A stretch of 64,000 bases of DNA, from positions 8,411 through 72,410 of the forward strand of contig JAKVBA010000002.1 in assembly GCA_022447525.1 (NCBI GenBank). The letters run 5' to 3'. Of this stretch, positions 9,721 through 19,397 are shown one piece after another. This stretch comes from Gammaproteobacteria bacterium (GTDB lineage: Bacteria; Pseudomonadota; Gammaproteobacteria; Arenicellales; Arenicellaceae). How positions within the stretch are numbered: position 1 is the first letter of the stretch; every line of letters begins with the position of its first letter. A model generated the notes under the pieces. The model did not search any database. It was not told where the DNA came from and worked only from the letters and a program-made list of their open reading frames with translations. A program made the position numbers and the translations under genes.

Positions 9721-10089
9721 ATGAAATTAATGATAGTTGATGACTCTCTGGTCATTAGAAATAAAATCGGACGTTGTCTTTTGAACCGTTTCTCAAAAAT
9801 CTATCGAGCTAATGACGGTGTACAGGCGATTGAGATAGCCCGTAAAAAAAACCCAGAAATAGTTACGATGGATTTAACGATGCCAAATATGGGTGGTGTC
9901 GAAACCGTAGAGGCTCTATTGGAGTTTGCGCCTGAGACTGGAATATTGGTGGTTTCTGCCTTGGCTGATAAAGCGACTGCCATAGAAGCCTTAACCAAAG
10001 GCGCGAACGGCTTTCTATGTAAGCCATTCACTGAGAAAGAATTGGATAATGCGATTGAGCGAGTGATCTCCATGAGGGTAAAACAGTGA
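9721..10089 (+). CDS. Single-domain CheY-like response regulator
   Basis: 122 aa. Acidic pocket MIVDDS, phospho-acceptor Asp in VTMDLTMPNMGG, conserved VVSAL and LCKPF. It starts 4 nt after the kinase stop. Confidence 0.9.
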   Translation: MKLMIVDDSLVIRNKIGRCLLNRFSKIYRANDGVQAIEIARKKNPEIVTMDLTMPNMGGVETVEALLEFAPETGILVVSALADKATAIEALTKGANGFLCKPFTEKELDNAIERVISMRVKQ

Positions 10090-10556
10090 TTGATCGGAGC
10101 CATATAGAGGTGTTCGTCGATTCACTGACACGCTACTTCACTCATTTAAATCAGTCCACGGGATCACATTCAGACGATTTAGAAATAAGTGCTCCTTATC
10201 TTTTGAGTAGCAAGGAGCTTGTCGGTTTTGATTACACCGGGATAATCAATGTGTCCGGTCGCCATTCTGGAAAGGTGTTTATTACGGCACGAAGTTCGAT
10301 GCTCAAGCGAATTTTACTACTGCTCGGAGAACAAGAACTCAATGAAGAGCTGCGACGCGATCTTATCGGCGAGGTTGCTAATACTTTAGCTGGTAATGCC
10401 AGAAGACATTTAGGAGCTGACTTTCATATCTCTACTCCCAAGGTGATAGAGGGGGTGATTGAGACCACTCGATTTAAGTTAAGTCCGCGCTGTTTTGTAT
10501 TGCCTTTTAGGTGGAAGAGTAATGTGGCTGAATTGATTATCAGTGTTGAGTCATAG
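10086..10556 (+). CDS. CheX/CheC-family CheY-P phosphatase-like protein
   Basis: 156 aa. CheC/CheX-type E-x2-N motif (DLIGEVANTLAGNA) and the expected length. The GTG start overlaps the CheY stop (GTGA). Confidence 0.75.
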   Translation: MIDRSHIEVFVDSLTRYFTHLNQSTGSHSDDLEISAPYLLSSKELVGFDYTGIINVSGRHSGKVFITARSSMLKRILLLLGEQELNEELRRDLIGEVANTLAGNARRHLGADFHISTPKVIEGVIETTRFKLSPRCFVLPFRWKSNVAELIISVES

Positions 10557-11113
10557 TTGTCCATCTTATGATCGACAGCGTTGTTGAGAGCTCAGTAACA
10601 GTACGACACTCTTTCGCTCTGTGCTTGCTCAAGTAAACTATGCTACGAAGTGCGATGTTAAGCGACATAGCGCAAGGCATCAAAACAATCTTAGGAACAC
10701 CGCCGAAAAAATAGGTTTTTTCGCAGTGCAATGGCAGGCCAAGCAAATACTCAATATGCAAAATGGGTGGATAGGAAGTTTAGTTGGTACTGCCTCTCGT
10801 TAAGAGTTAGTTTCATCTTTGTGGCTAACGTAAGGATGGACACCGAGGTTGTTTATCCAGATAAGGTCGAATTCTTCCTTGTTATCTAGACGCGCCCATA
10901 AAATTAATTGGTGATTTTTTTCCAAGTTTACAATCACTACCGTCATCGCACTGTTCACTGTGTAGTATGAGCAATTGTCAAGGCTTGCATGGGTTCTTCG
11001 GGATATAGTGGATTGAACAAGTCCAAATTGACGCTTGCCTAAAAACTAGCTTATATTGTCAGAGGTTGGCCAAGTATCAATAATTATAAAAACCAAAGCC
11101 ACACAGAGGAGAC

Positions 11114-12430
11114 ATGCCAGAGAATCAAGAAGTTAACAAAAGGTACCGTGCCTTTGCTCTTGTCTTATTGACGATTGTTTATGGGTTTAATTTTATCGAT
11201 CGCCAGATCTTAGGAATACTGGCTCCATTTATACAAAAGGATCTTGGACTCACTAATACACAGCTTGGCTTGCTGATCGGTTTGGCATTTGCAACCTTCT
11301 ATACGGCGGTGGCGATTCCGATTGCTTGGTTGGCTGATCGCTACAATAGAGTAAACATCTTAGCGATAGCGTTGGCGACTTGGAGTGGTTTTACGGCGTT
11401 GACGGGAATGGCCAATAACTTTTTGCAAATCGGTCTGGCACGAATGGGTGTGGGCATAGGAGAGGCTGGCGGTAGCCCACCTTCGCATTCAATCATTTCA
11501 GATTTATATGCCAAACATGAGCGAGCGGGGGCGCTAGGTGTTTATTCTATTGGTATCCCACTTGGTATTATGTCGGCCTATCTTGTCACTGCGAGCTTAA
11601 TTGGGGCCGATACCGACGCAGTTAATTGGCGTCGTATTTTTGTTATATTGGGCGTCACTGGTATTGCCTTAGCTGTCATTGTTCGTTTGGTTTTGCGCGA
11701 ACCAAAACGCGGAGCTATGGAGTTCGATGCAGATACTGAAATCGCTAAGCCGCCGTTTCTGGAGTCGCTTAAGGTGTTGTTGAAGATTCCGTCCTGGTGG
11801 TTTATGGCTTTTGGAATCGCGTTCGCATCTTTTGTCTCATATGCCTTCTCAGGATTTCAAACTAAATATCTGGTGATCTTGGACCCAGAATTTAATTTTA
11901 AAACCGTTATCATTATTTTGGGTGTAATTAATGGAACCACCTATGCCGCAGGAACATATATTGGAGCCAAGTTAGCTGACGTTTGGGGAGGTAAAGATAT
12001 AAGAGCTTATGGTTGGATTCCGGCAATCGCGATTGCCTTTGCTTTTGTAATTGGTTTTTTCACACTTTGGGCTCCAACCATACCGCTACATTTGACAGGG
12101 ACTACTTTTCTTCTGTTTTTTTTGGGAATGTACCTAGGACCGAGTTTTGCAATCGCACAGACCCTTGCTCCGATTAATATGAGAGCGATGTCTACGGCTC
12201 TATTTTTCTTTATATTGAATATGATTGCGCTTGGCGGAGGCCCTACTTTTGCGGGGTATATGAATGACGTATTTGAAGCTAACTTTGACAAGCTCGCAGC
12301 AATACGATTGGCTTTGTCAGTAACTGGTTTGATGTTCATTCCGTCGATAATAAGCTTTTTGATAGTGTCTAAAAAAATCAAAAAAGACTGGGAGAATGCT
12401 GATAAACACAACAAGGCTTTGGCTAAGTAA
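11114..12430 (+). CDS. MFS transporter
   Basis: 438 aa with about 12 TM segments. MFS loop 2-3 signature WLADRYNRV. Shine-Dalgarno-like GAGGAG lies just upstream of the ATG. Confidence 0.85.
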   Translation: MPENQEVNKRYRAFALVLLTIVYGFNFIDRQILGILAPFIQKDLGLTNTQLGLLIGLAFATFYTAVAIPIAWLADRYNRVNILAIALATWSGFTALTGMANNFLQIGLARMGVGIGEAGGSPPSHSIISDLYAKHERAGALGVYSIGIPLGIMSAYLVTASLIGADTDAVNWRRIFVILGVTGIALAVIVRLVLREPKRGAMEFDADTEIAKPPFLESLKVLLKIPSWWFMAFGIAFASFVSYAFSGFQTKYLVILDPEFNFKTVIIILGVINGTTYAAGTYIGAKLADVWGGKDIRAYGWIPAIAIAFAFVIGFFTLWAPTIPLHLTGTTFLLFFLGMYLGPSFAIAQTLAPINMRAMSTALFFFILNMIALGGGPTFAGYMNDVFEANFDKLAAIRLALSVTGLMFIPSIISFLIVSKKIKKDWENADKHNKALAK

Positions 12431-12470
12431 CAGTTGAGTTAAATGGTCATTTGAAAAGGCAGCAATCGAT

Positions 12471-12498
12471 AAAAGGGCCGATGGATCTGGGCCCTTTT
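12471..12498 (+). terminator. Rho-independent terminator after the MFS gene
   Basis: AAAAGGGCC, loop, GGCCCTTTT: a 7-bp GC-rich stem followed by TTTT, 41 nt after the stop codon. Confidence 0.6.
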
Positions 12499-12589
12499 GT
12501 CGATAGTAGAATTTTTGTCGTATGCATTTTAAGAATAAGGATGGTCTGGATTGAGCTATAATCACTCAAACACTTTTTCGAGGTGATGT

Positions 12590-13630
12590 ATGGCACATCA
12601 AGTTTCAGAGCTTATCGAAAAATTTTCGGGGCTCATTGAAGACACCTGCCTAGTAGATGGCGCTGAATTTATATCGATTGATAGCACTGAAAGTTGTCAC
12701 TCAGGCAGCCTAGTGTTTGTCGATGATGAAGCTCAACTTCCCAAAATTAGCCCTAGTGTTCTGGTTACCCGCAAAGAGATTGCCGAAAAGCTTAGCAATG
12801 AGCCTTTTTGTGTTATCACCGTACAAAACGTTCGGCTCGCCCATGCATTCTTCAAGCAAGCCTATCAAGAGTATGACTCTCGTGATTCTGAATGGAGTGA
12901 GATTCATCCATCAGCTGTGATACACGAAACAGCAAAACTTGCTACCGGTGTACGGGTCGGCCCAAACGTTGTGATTGGTGCTAACAGTGAGATAGGATCT
13001 GGATCGCAGATTCGAGCCAATGCTGTTATCGAGCATGATGTTAAGATTGGTAAAAACTGTATCGTTAATGCAATGGCAAATATAGGTTACGGCAGTATTT
13101 TAGGAAATCGCGTTAACATTCACTCGGGCGTGGTTATTGGTAATGAGGGCTTTGGTTTTGCCCAGGACAAGAACCGAGACTATCACCGTATACCTCACAC
13201 AGGTTGGGTCGAATTACATGATGATGTTCAAGTCGGAGCCAACAGTAATATTGATCGAGGTACTTATGGCCCAACCATATTAGCGAGGGGCGTAAAATTA
13301 GACTCTCTATGTCACGTCGCTCACAATGTACATATCGATGAAGGGACACTGTTCGCATCTGGTGGTTGTATTGCTGGATCAACCTACGTCGGTAAGCGAG
13401 TTATGGCCTCTGGACAAGTGGGTGTGCTCGATCATTTAAAGGTGGCTGATAATGTCGTATTGGTACATCGTAGTGGTGTTACAGAAAACATAGATTCACC
13501 TGGCATGTACGCTGGTCTGCCTGCTAAACCATTCAAGGAGTACGTGCGAAGTTTAGGGGCAAGTAAACGAATAGATAAACTGACCTCTCAGTTAAAAGAA
13601 TTTAAGAAGACAGTGCTTGCCAAGCTCTGA
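12590..13630 (+). CDS. lpxD: UDP-3-O-acylglucosamine N-acyltransferase (LpxD-like), in a stand-alone context
   Basis: 346 aa. Left-handed beta-helix hexapeptide repeats (VGPNVVIGANSEIGSGSQIRANAVIEHDVKIG...). LpxD-type catalytic His context (LCHVAHNVHI). C-terminal helical tail. Confidence 0.8.
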   Translation: MAHQVSELIEKFSGLIEDTCLVDGAEFISIDSTESCHSGSLVFVDDEAQLPKISPSVLVTRKEIAEKLSNEPFCVITVQNVRLAHAFFKQAYQEYDSRDSEWSEIHPSAVIHETAKLATGVRVGPNVVIGANSEIGSGSQIRANAVIEHDVKIGKNCIVNAMANIGYGSILGNRVNIHSGVVIGNEGFGFAQDKNRDYHRIPHTGWVELHDDVQVGANSNIDRGTYGPTILARGVKLDSLCHVAHNVHIDEGTLFASGGCIAGSTYVGKRVMASGQVGVLDHLKVADNVVLVHRSGVTENIDSPGMYAGLPAKPFKEYVRSLGASKRIDKLTSQLKEFKKTVLAKL

Positions 13631-13674
13631 TTTAATAAAGGCTGATCAGAGTTTCTCAATATCAGATTAGTTTT

Positions 13675-14349
13675 CTAAAACCTATCTGCAAATAGGCTAG
13701 CACAGCCGACCGCACTGCTTAAACTTGCGAGCGAGTCTTTGCTAATGGTGAACACGGTATCCTCGTGACTGGCATTCCAACGCATTAACGACGACCCCGG
13801 TCTTTGAGAAACCCTATATCGCTGAACGACTGGTAGAGTAGTCTGGTCTTGATATACGAAGAAGCAATCAAATGCCGTTTTCCTAGGTGTCATTGTTAGC
13901 AAGTCGAATGGCAGGAAATAGAGTTTGTCGGTCAGTGAGAAGGCATAGTCGTCATCTGTCTTATTATTGGTTTGACCGACAATAAGACGTGGCCGCAGAT
14001 AGTTTTCTTTTTCAACAAGGCTTATCTGAAACCGCAGAATTCGCTCGTCTATATCGAAACCTAAATCGGTTAGAAATTTTGCTTCCCCAGCTTGCTCTGG
14101 ATCATTCATATAGTCGGGCTCACAGAGCAGAAATTCAGTAACATTCAGTTTGAACTTTGGCTGTAACCTCGACTTCTCAATCAAATAAAGTCGCTCGGTT
14201 TGCTCAAAAGTATATTGCTTGTGCTTTAACTCGGCCGCAGCTAATTTGTTTTGTTTTTTGGCAAGTTTGTTACGTCGTTTTTGTGCGGCTATTAATTCTT
14301 CTATTTTAGCAGTCAGTTGATATTGTTCTTGTTGCTTATCGTGACTCAT
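13675..14349 (-). CDS. Hypothetical protein with an N-terminal basic coiled-coil segment
   Basis: 224-aa ORF. Lys/Gln-rich heptad-like N-terminus (KIEELIAAQKRRNKLAKKQNKLAAAELKHK). No motif recognised. Confidence 0.55.
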   Translation of the reverse strand: MSHDKQQEQYQLTAKIEELIAAQKRRNKLAKKQNKLAAAELKHKQYTFEQTERLYLIEKSRLQPKFKLNVTEFLLCEPDYMNDPEQAGEAKFLTDLGFDIDERILRFQISLVEKENYLRPRLIVGQTNNKTDDDYAFSLTDKLYFLPFDLLTMTPRKTAFDCFFVYQDQTTLPVVQRYRVSQRPGSSLMRWNASHEDTVFTISKDSLASLSSAVGCASLFADRF

Positions 14350-14519
14350 GGCGTTTAGGTGGTAGCTATTCTTGAGTAATTAATAGTGCGCGTTGTTATG
14401 TCATGCATACGCTAGATAGTCATCATTCTCGCTGGGATTTTTAGCAAGCGCAAGCGTTAGGATATTATTGCTCACTTGAACTCAACAACTTTGCGTAGTA
14501 ATCGATAGGCGAGCTAAAT

Positions 14520-14891
14520 ATGGCTAAATCAAACATGTCAGCGGGCGAGAAAATTCGTCGAAAGGTAATGGGCTCAGAATTTGTTGACGCCTCTCTAGAA
14601 AAAGCGAGTGATTTTGATATGCCGTTGCAAGAATCGGCAATGGAGCATGCATGGGGCGCGGCTTGGGTCAGAGATGGCCTTGATTTAAAAACCAGAAGCA
14701 TTATGACAGTGTCCATGTTGATTGCAATGCGCGCGCATGAGGAACTAAAAGGGCATTTGCGTGGCGCTGTTACTAACGGCGTAACGCTTGAGGAACTCAG
14801 AGAAATCATAATGCACTCGGCTGCATATTGTGGCTATCCAGCAGCATTATCAGCAATGAGCATTGCCAAAGAAGTGTTGAAAATCGACTAG
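14520..14891 (+). CDS. Carboxymuconolactone decarboxylase (CMD/AhpD-like) family protein
   Basis: 123 aa. A PcaC-like sequence runs through the whole length (WGAAWVRDGLDLKTRSIMTVSMLIAMRAHEELKGHLRGAVTNGVTLEELREIIMHSAAYCGYPAA). Confidence 0.85.
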   Translation: MAKSNMSAGEKIRRKVMGSEFVDASLEKASDFDMPLQESAMEHAWGAAWVRDGLDLKTRSIMTVSMLIAMRAHEELKGHLRGAVTNGVTLEELREIIMHSAAYCGYPAALSAMSIAKEVLKID

Positions 14892-14908
14892 CTAGCACCC
14901 GACCTTTT

Positions 14909-15580
14909 TCACTCGATACCATTTGAAAATAGCAATGCGATAATGCTAATGGAGATCCAATATAAGCCTAAAATAATTATATTAGACGCCATAAATGGCG
15001 CTATAAATTCATTTGCGGCGATGGTTGAGTCGGAAACCAGAAAACAAATGGTAGCAAAGGCGAGCATCAAGCCCCAGGCATCTCGACGATGAAAACATAC
15101 ACGTAAGCTTTGCCAAGCCATCACAACGATACAACAGAGATAAACGGCAACAGGGAGTCGTAAATTGCCCAGATTGTCGAAGATCGCCCAGTAGTAGACT
15201 AGAGAAATTGCGCCTAAGCTTATCAAAGCCAGCCAATATTGTTTTGTACCAGCAAGTTTGCTGAACACAAACGCGAAGATTATATGCGCGATTAAAAAGG
15301 CACCCAGGCCGTAAGCGAAGAAGGTATAGTCTAATAAAAAAATATCACCAATAAGGCAGAATACTAATCCAGCAATGATTCGATGACGTTGTTTTTTTAT
15401 ATCCTCAGAGAAGGGCAGACGACCCGTAAAAAACTGACTGAGTATCAAAACAGTCGTCAGAGGTTTTAGCAGGTAATAAAAATGAGGATTGCTTAAATAG
15501 CTCGCGTATATTGCGCAGGTGGCACTGATAATTATGGCAATTTTTATTAAAGGTATACTTCCTTTTTTAGTATTTAGCAT
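14909..15580 (-). CDS. YhhN-family (lysoplasmalogenase-like) membrane protein
   Basis: 223 aa with about 7-8 TM segments. YhhN-like motifs (LVFCLIGDIFLL and FLVSDSTIA). Confidence 0.7.
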   Translation of the reverse strand: MLNTKKGSIPLIKIAIIISATCAIYASYLSNPHFYYLLKPLTTVLILSQFFTGRLPFSEDIKKQRHRIIAGLVFCLIGDIFLLDYTFFAYGLGAFLIAHIIFAFVFSKLAGTKQYWLALISLGAISLVYYWAIFDNLGNLRLPVAVYLCCIVVMAWQSLRVCFHRRDAWGLMLAFATICFLVSDSTIAANEFIAPFMASNIIILGLYWISISIIALLFSNGIE

Positions 15581-15646
15581 CTAAGAGTTCGCGTATTTTC
15601 AGTTCTGTTTAGGTCATTTTACGTTCGAATAATGTGGCTTTGATCT

Positions 15647-17857
15647 TCATGAAATCGATACCTTTACGGACTTAAACGCCGGGGTTTTACTTTGAGGATC
15701 ACGCTCTAGACCAATCAAACAATTGGCCTCAGGATAATAGGCCATTGCATTTCCCGGTGGTAAGTCGAAAGCTTGAATGGTGACGTTTTCCATGATTCCC
15801 ACCTCAGACCTAAGAGTCACTGTATCACCAGCACACATACCTAATTTTTTAATATCTCTCTGACAGAGAAATACACTCCAGCGATGAGCGTTATTGCGGT
15901 AGCTGTCGGTTTCCTCATAAATAATTGAATTAAACTGACCTTCGCTACGAACACTGGCTAGGGTGAAAGGGTACTCTTCTGTTGCAGCCGGTGGCTCTAG
16001 GTCGATGGCGATAAATTTACCTCTGTTGGATGGTATCTGTAAATCATGCAAAATTCGATTTGGAATATGAAATTCCTGCTTAGAATGCGCTATATCTTGC
16101 AACTCGCCCATGCCTGGAATGACGTTCGCAATCGTTTCTCTGACTGTGTCGAAAGATTTAAATTGGCCGAAATCCAACGGTGTTATGTCTAACGTTCTGG
16201 ATGCAATGTCCGACAACACATGTACTTCAGAGCGAGCGTCGGCCACACGCTGAATGCCTCCATCACTTAATCGGACAAAGTTGAACATTGATTCTTGCGT
16301 AGTCGGTTCAGGCTCTTCATCTCTTGCGCAGATGGGGAGTATCAAGCTCTCACTGTTATCATTCCCAAAAAGGTGACCGTAATTAAGAGTTGTGGTTAAA
16401 AAGCATTTGAAGCCAATCCGGTCTAGCGCCTCACTCGCCCATCTCGAGTTTGGTGTTGCCTGGTAAAGGTTGCCACCCATGATAAAAGCGTTGTCAATGT
16501 TGCCGGCATGAGCCGACTCTATGCAAGCCAAGGTGTCTAAACCTGGTTCGTCGTTGTGCGAGAAAAGGTCTATATTGTATTGGTCCCGCAGCGATTCCAA
16601 AACGGTTTGGGGTAATACTGGTTTAACTCCAACGGTGCCGATGCCTTGGACATTGCTGTGACCTCTGAGTGGCAAAAGACCAGCCCCCTGTTTGCCAATA
16701 TGCGCTCTCAATAGAGCTAGATTAGCAATCGCTTGCACATTACTAACGCCATGCTTGTGATGGGTGATACCCATACCCCAAGCAAAAATCACATTGGAAG
16801 ACTGGGCGTACAAAGATGCTATGTTAGTTATGGTGTCTTTATCTATACCACTTGTTTTTTCAATCACAGACCAATCGATGTCTCGAATTGAGTCGGAATA
16901 TGCGGTAAAGCCTTCCGTAATAGTTTCAATAAATTCGATATCGAGTTGATCATTTTCGATGAGTGCTTTAGCAATTCCTGATAGAAGAAAATGGTCAGAG
17001 CCTATGTTGGGTTGAACATAGTGTGAGGCAATTTCTGAGCCACCAGTTAGTAGTGATCTCGCACTTTTGGGAGTAGCGAATTTTACCAAGCCTGCTTCTT
17101 TTGCTGGATTGATAACAACGACATTGCCGCCTCGTTCGCGACAGGCTTTTAGCTTATATATCAGCCGCGGATGATTTGACGCTGGATTTGCTCCAATCAG
17201 AAAGATCGTATCGCATTTATCAAGATCAGCCAGTTCGACGGTAGCCGTGCCGCTACCTATGCTCTCGCTTAGACCAACTCCAGTAGCCTGATGACAATAA
17301 TAGCTGCAGTTATTAATATTGTTCGTGCCATAAAGGCGCGCGAAAAGTTGTAAAACAAATCCTGCCTCATTTGAAGAGCGCCCCGAGCTGTAAAAGAAGC
17401 TCCTGTTGGGGGCATGCTTGCTAAGCTGTTGAGCAACTTTTTCTAACGCCCATTCCCATGTGACTATATTGAACTTGTCTTTGCCTTTGTCTTTATAGAT
17501 CGGGTTGCCCAGACGTCCAATCTGCTCAAGTTCCCTTGGATTAAGTGCTTTGAAATCATTGAGCGTATAGGAAAATATTTCTTTAGGGATGGGGGCTTGA
17601 ATGTCGGTGGATTGGGCTTGCACACTCTTGTTGCAGACCGACGGAAATGTGCCTTGCTCGTCTTTCATTCCACCTTGTTGGCCGCCCATTCCAAGCCCAC
17701 ACGCTTTACATGTATTATTTGCCATCAGGGCTTTTGAGCTTGATTGAAGTCCAATCGAGCGGAGTGTTCTCAAGGCATAAAGAATTTTCTTAATACCTCC
17801 ACCTACATCGGAGTTTTGCTGTGTCATGTTTTTGGCAACAAATTTGATTGGAGTCAT
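15647..17857 (-). CDS. FdhF/YdeP-family molybdopterin oxidoreductase
   Basis: 736 aa. N-terminal Cys motif (NTCKACGLGMGGQQGG ... FPSVCNKS). MopB-fold length and C-terminal barrel. No in-frame TGA, so this is the Cys type, not selenocysteine. Confidence 0.85.
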   Translation of the reverse strand: MTPIKFVAKNMTQQNSDVGGGIKKILYALRTLRSIGLQSSSKALMANNTCKACGLGMGGQQGGMKDEQGTFPSVCNKSVQAQSTDIQAPIPKEIFSYTLNDFKALNPRELEQIGRLGNPIYKDKGKDKFNIVTWEWALEKVAQQLSKHAPNRSFFYSSGRSSNEAGFVLQLFARLYGTNNINNCSYYCHQATGVGLSESIGSGTATVELADLDKCDTIFLIGANPASNHPRLIYKLKACRERGGNVVVINPAKEAGLVKFATPKSARSLLTGGSEIASHYVQPNIGSDHFLLSGIAKALIENDQLDIEFIETITEGFTAYSDSIRDIDWSVIEKTSGIDKDTITNIASLYAQSSNVIFAWGMGITHHKHGVSNVQAIANLALLRAHIGKQGAGLLPLRGHSNVQGIGTVGVKPVLPQTVLESLRDQYNIDLFSHNDEPGLDTLACIESAHAGNIDNAFIMGGNLYQATPNSRWASEALDRIGFKCFLTTTLNYGHLFGNDNSESLILPICARDEEPEPTTQESMFNFVRLSDGGIQRVADARSEVHVLSDIASRTLDITPLDFGQFKSFDTVRETIANVIPGMGELQDIAHSKQEFHIPNRILHDLQIPSNRGKFIAIDLEPPAATEEYPFTLASVRSEGQFNSIIYEETDSYRNNAHRWSVFLCQRDIKKLGMCAGDTVTLRSEVGIMENVTIQAFDLPPGNAMAYYPEANCLIGLERDPQSKTPAFKSVKVSIS

Positions 17858-18087
17858 TATAGGCGCAATTAGGAATTAACTGCTGATAAGATCAAGTTTG
17901 GTAAGCCCTGATTCATTCCAGATTTGCTTTGTAAGACACTCAAAGCCATTAGGGCTTGGCACGGATTGATATAAATGGCTGTTCCTTTGATAAAAGTAGT
18001 AACGATAGCAATGCGCGCTTTCAGGCCCTAGGTCGTTTACAATGAATGGGAGTTTTTATCGAACCCCGCGAAACTAGGTATGAAACG

Positions 18088-19275
18088 ATGAGCCAGGGCG
18101 TATTATCGGATGTGAAAGTATTAGATCTGTCTAGAGTGCTGGCCGGGCCTTGGGCGGCGCAAACATTAGCTGACATGGGGGCTGATGTCATAAAAGTAGA
18201 GCAACCCGACGTCGGCGATGATACTCGCAAGTGGGGTCCGCCTTTTGCCCAAGATGAGCATGGGCGTCTCCTAAATGATAGCGCTTATTTCATGTGTGCT
18301 AATCGCGGTAAGCGCTCAGTCTGCATCGATTTTAAATCTGAACAAGGACAGGATGATATAAAACGGTTAGCGTCAAGTTGTGATGTACTTATCGAAAACT
18401 TCACTGTTGGCCAACTGAAAAAATACAATCTTGATTACTCGTCACTGTCTAAAATTAACCCGAAATTAGTTTACTGTTCGATTACCGGGTTTGGTCAGAC
18501 TGGGCCAAGTGCAGACAGACCTGGTTATGATTTTATGATTCAGGGAATGAGCGGCTTGATGAGCGTCACGGGCGAAAAAGGTGGTACATCCACCAAAGTA
18601 GGGGTGGCCGTGACGGATGTTTTGACTGGTTTGTACGCGAGTGTTGCGATTTTGTCGGCACTGCATGAGCGTAAATCATCCGGTTTGGGTCAGCACATCG
18701 ATTTAGCTCTTTACGACGTGGCGGTCGCTTCCATGGCTAATCAAGCGACTAACTATTTAATCGGTGGGATTGTTCCCCAAACAATGGGAAACGCACACCC
18801 GAATATTGTTCCGTACCAAAGCTTCGTTACCAAAAAAGGTGAGTGCATTGTTGCCGTTGGTAATGACAGTCAATTTAAGCGTTTTTGTTCAGCGCTGGGT
18901 AAACCTGAACTTGCTGATCAAGCCAGCTTTAAGACCAATCAAGATAGAGTAAGCAATCGAGATGAGCTAATAGCCATGATTTCTCGCATTATGTTGGATA
19001 AAACCGCAGCGCAGTGGTTTGAAGTACTCGAATCTCATCAGGTTCCTTATGCTCCGGTCAATAATATGCAAGAGGTTTTCGAAGATCCCCAAATTAAGCA
19101 TCGGAAAATGACTTTGCAAATGACACATGCTGAGGCAGGGAGGATTGACTTGGTTGCTAACCCAATAAATTTTTCTCGGACGCCAATCCAGTATCAAACG
19201 CCACCACCAACGCTTGGAGAGCATACAGATGAAGTGCTGAACCCTACTAAAGATAAATCTCAGGTAAGTGGTTAA
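18088..19275 (+). CDS. Class III (CaiB/BaiF) CoA-transferase
   Basis: VKVLDLSRVLAGPWAAQTLADMGADVIKVE signature near the N-terminus. The ORF opens at 18046, but Met15 (18088) gives the usual N-terminal length. Confidence 0.88.
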   Translation: MSQGVLSDVKVLDLSRVLAGPWAAQTLADMGADVIKVEQPDVGDDTRKWGPPFAQDEHGRLLNDSAYFMCANRGKRSVCIDFKSEQGQDDIKRLASSCDVLIENFTVGQLKKYNLDYSSLSKINPKLVYCSITGFGQTGPSADRPGYDFMIQGMSGLMSVTGEKGGTSTKVGVAVTDVLTGLYASVAILSALHERKSSGLGQHIDLALYDVAVASMANQATNYLIGGIVPQTMGNAHPNIVPYQSFVTKKGECIVAVGNDSQFKRFCSALGKPELADQASFKTNQDRVSNRDELIAMISRIMLDKTAAQWFEVLESHQVPYAPVNNMQEVFEDPQIKHRKMTLQMTHAEAGRIDLVANPINFSRTPIQYQTPPPTLGEHTDEVLNPTKDKSQVSG

Positions 19276-19397
19276 CCATTCTCTTGAGTTGTATTTGGGA
19301 TAGCTGAGTCTTGTTTTGAAAATCTTGATCAGTGGCTCAAATTTTCTAGGCCGCCACTGCCTATGAACAAAACAATAGACTTTGCGATAAATCGTTG

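Noticed and set aside
15647-17857. Possible selenocysteine (in-frame TGA) in the FdhF/YdeP-like molybdoenzyme
   Set aside because: The ORF is uninterrupted over 736 codons and the N-terminal cluster uses Cys. No SECIS-like context is needed.
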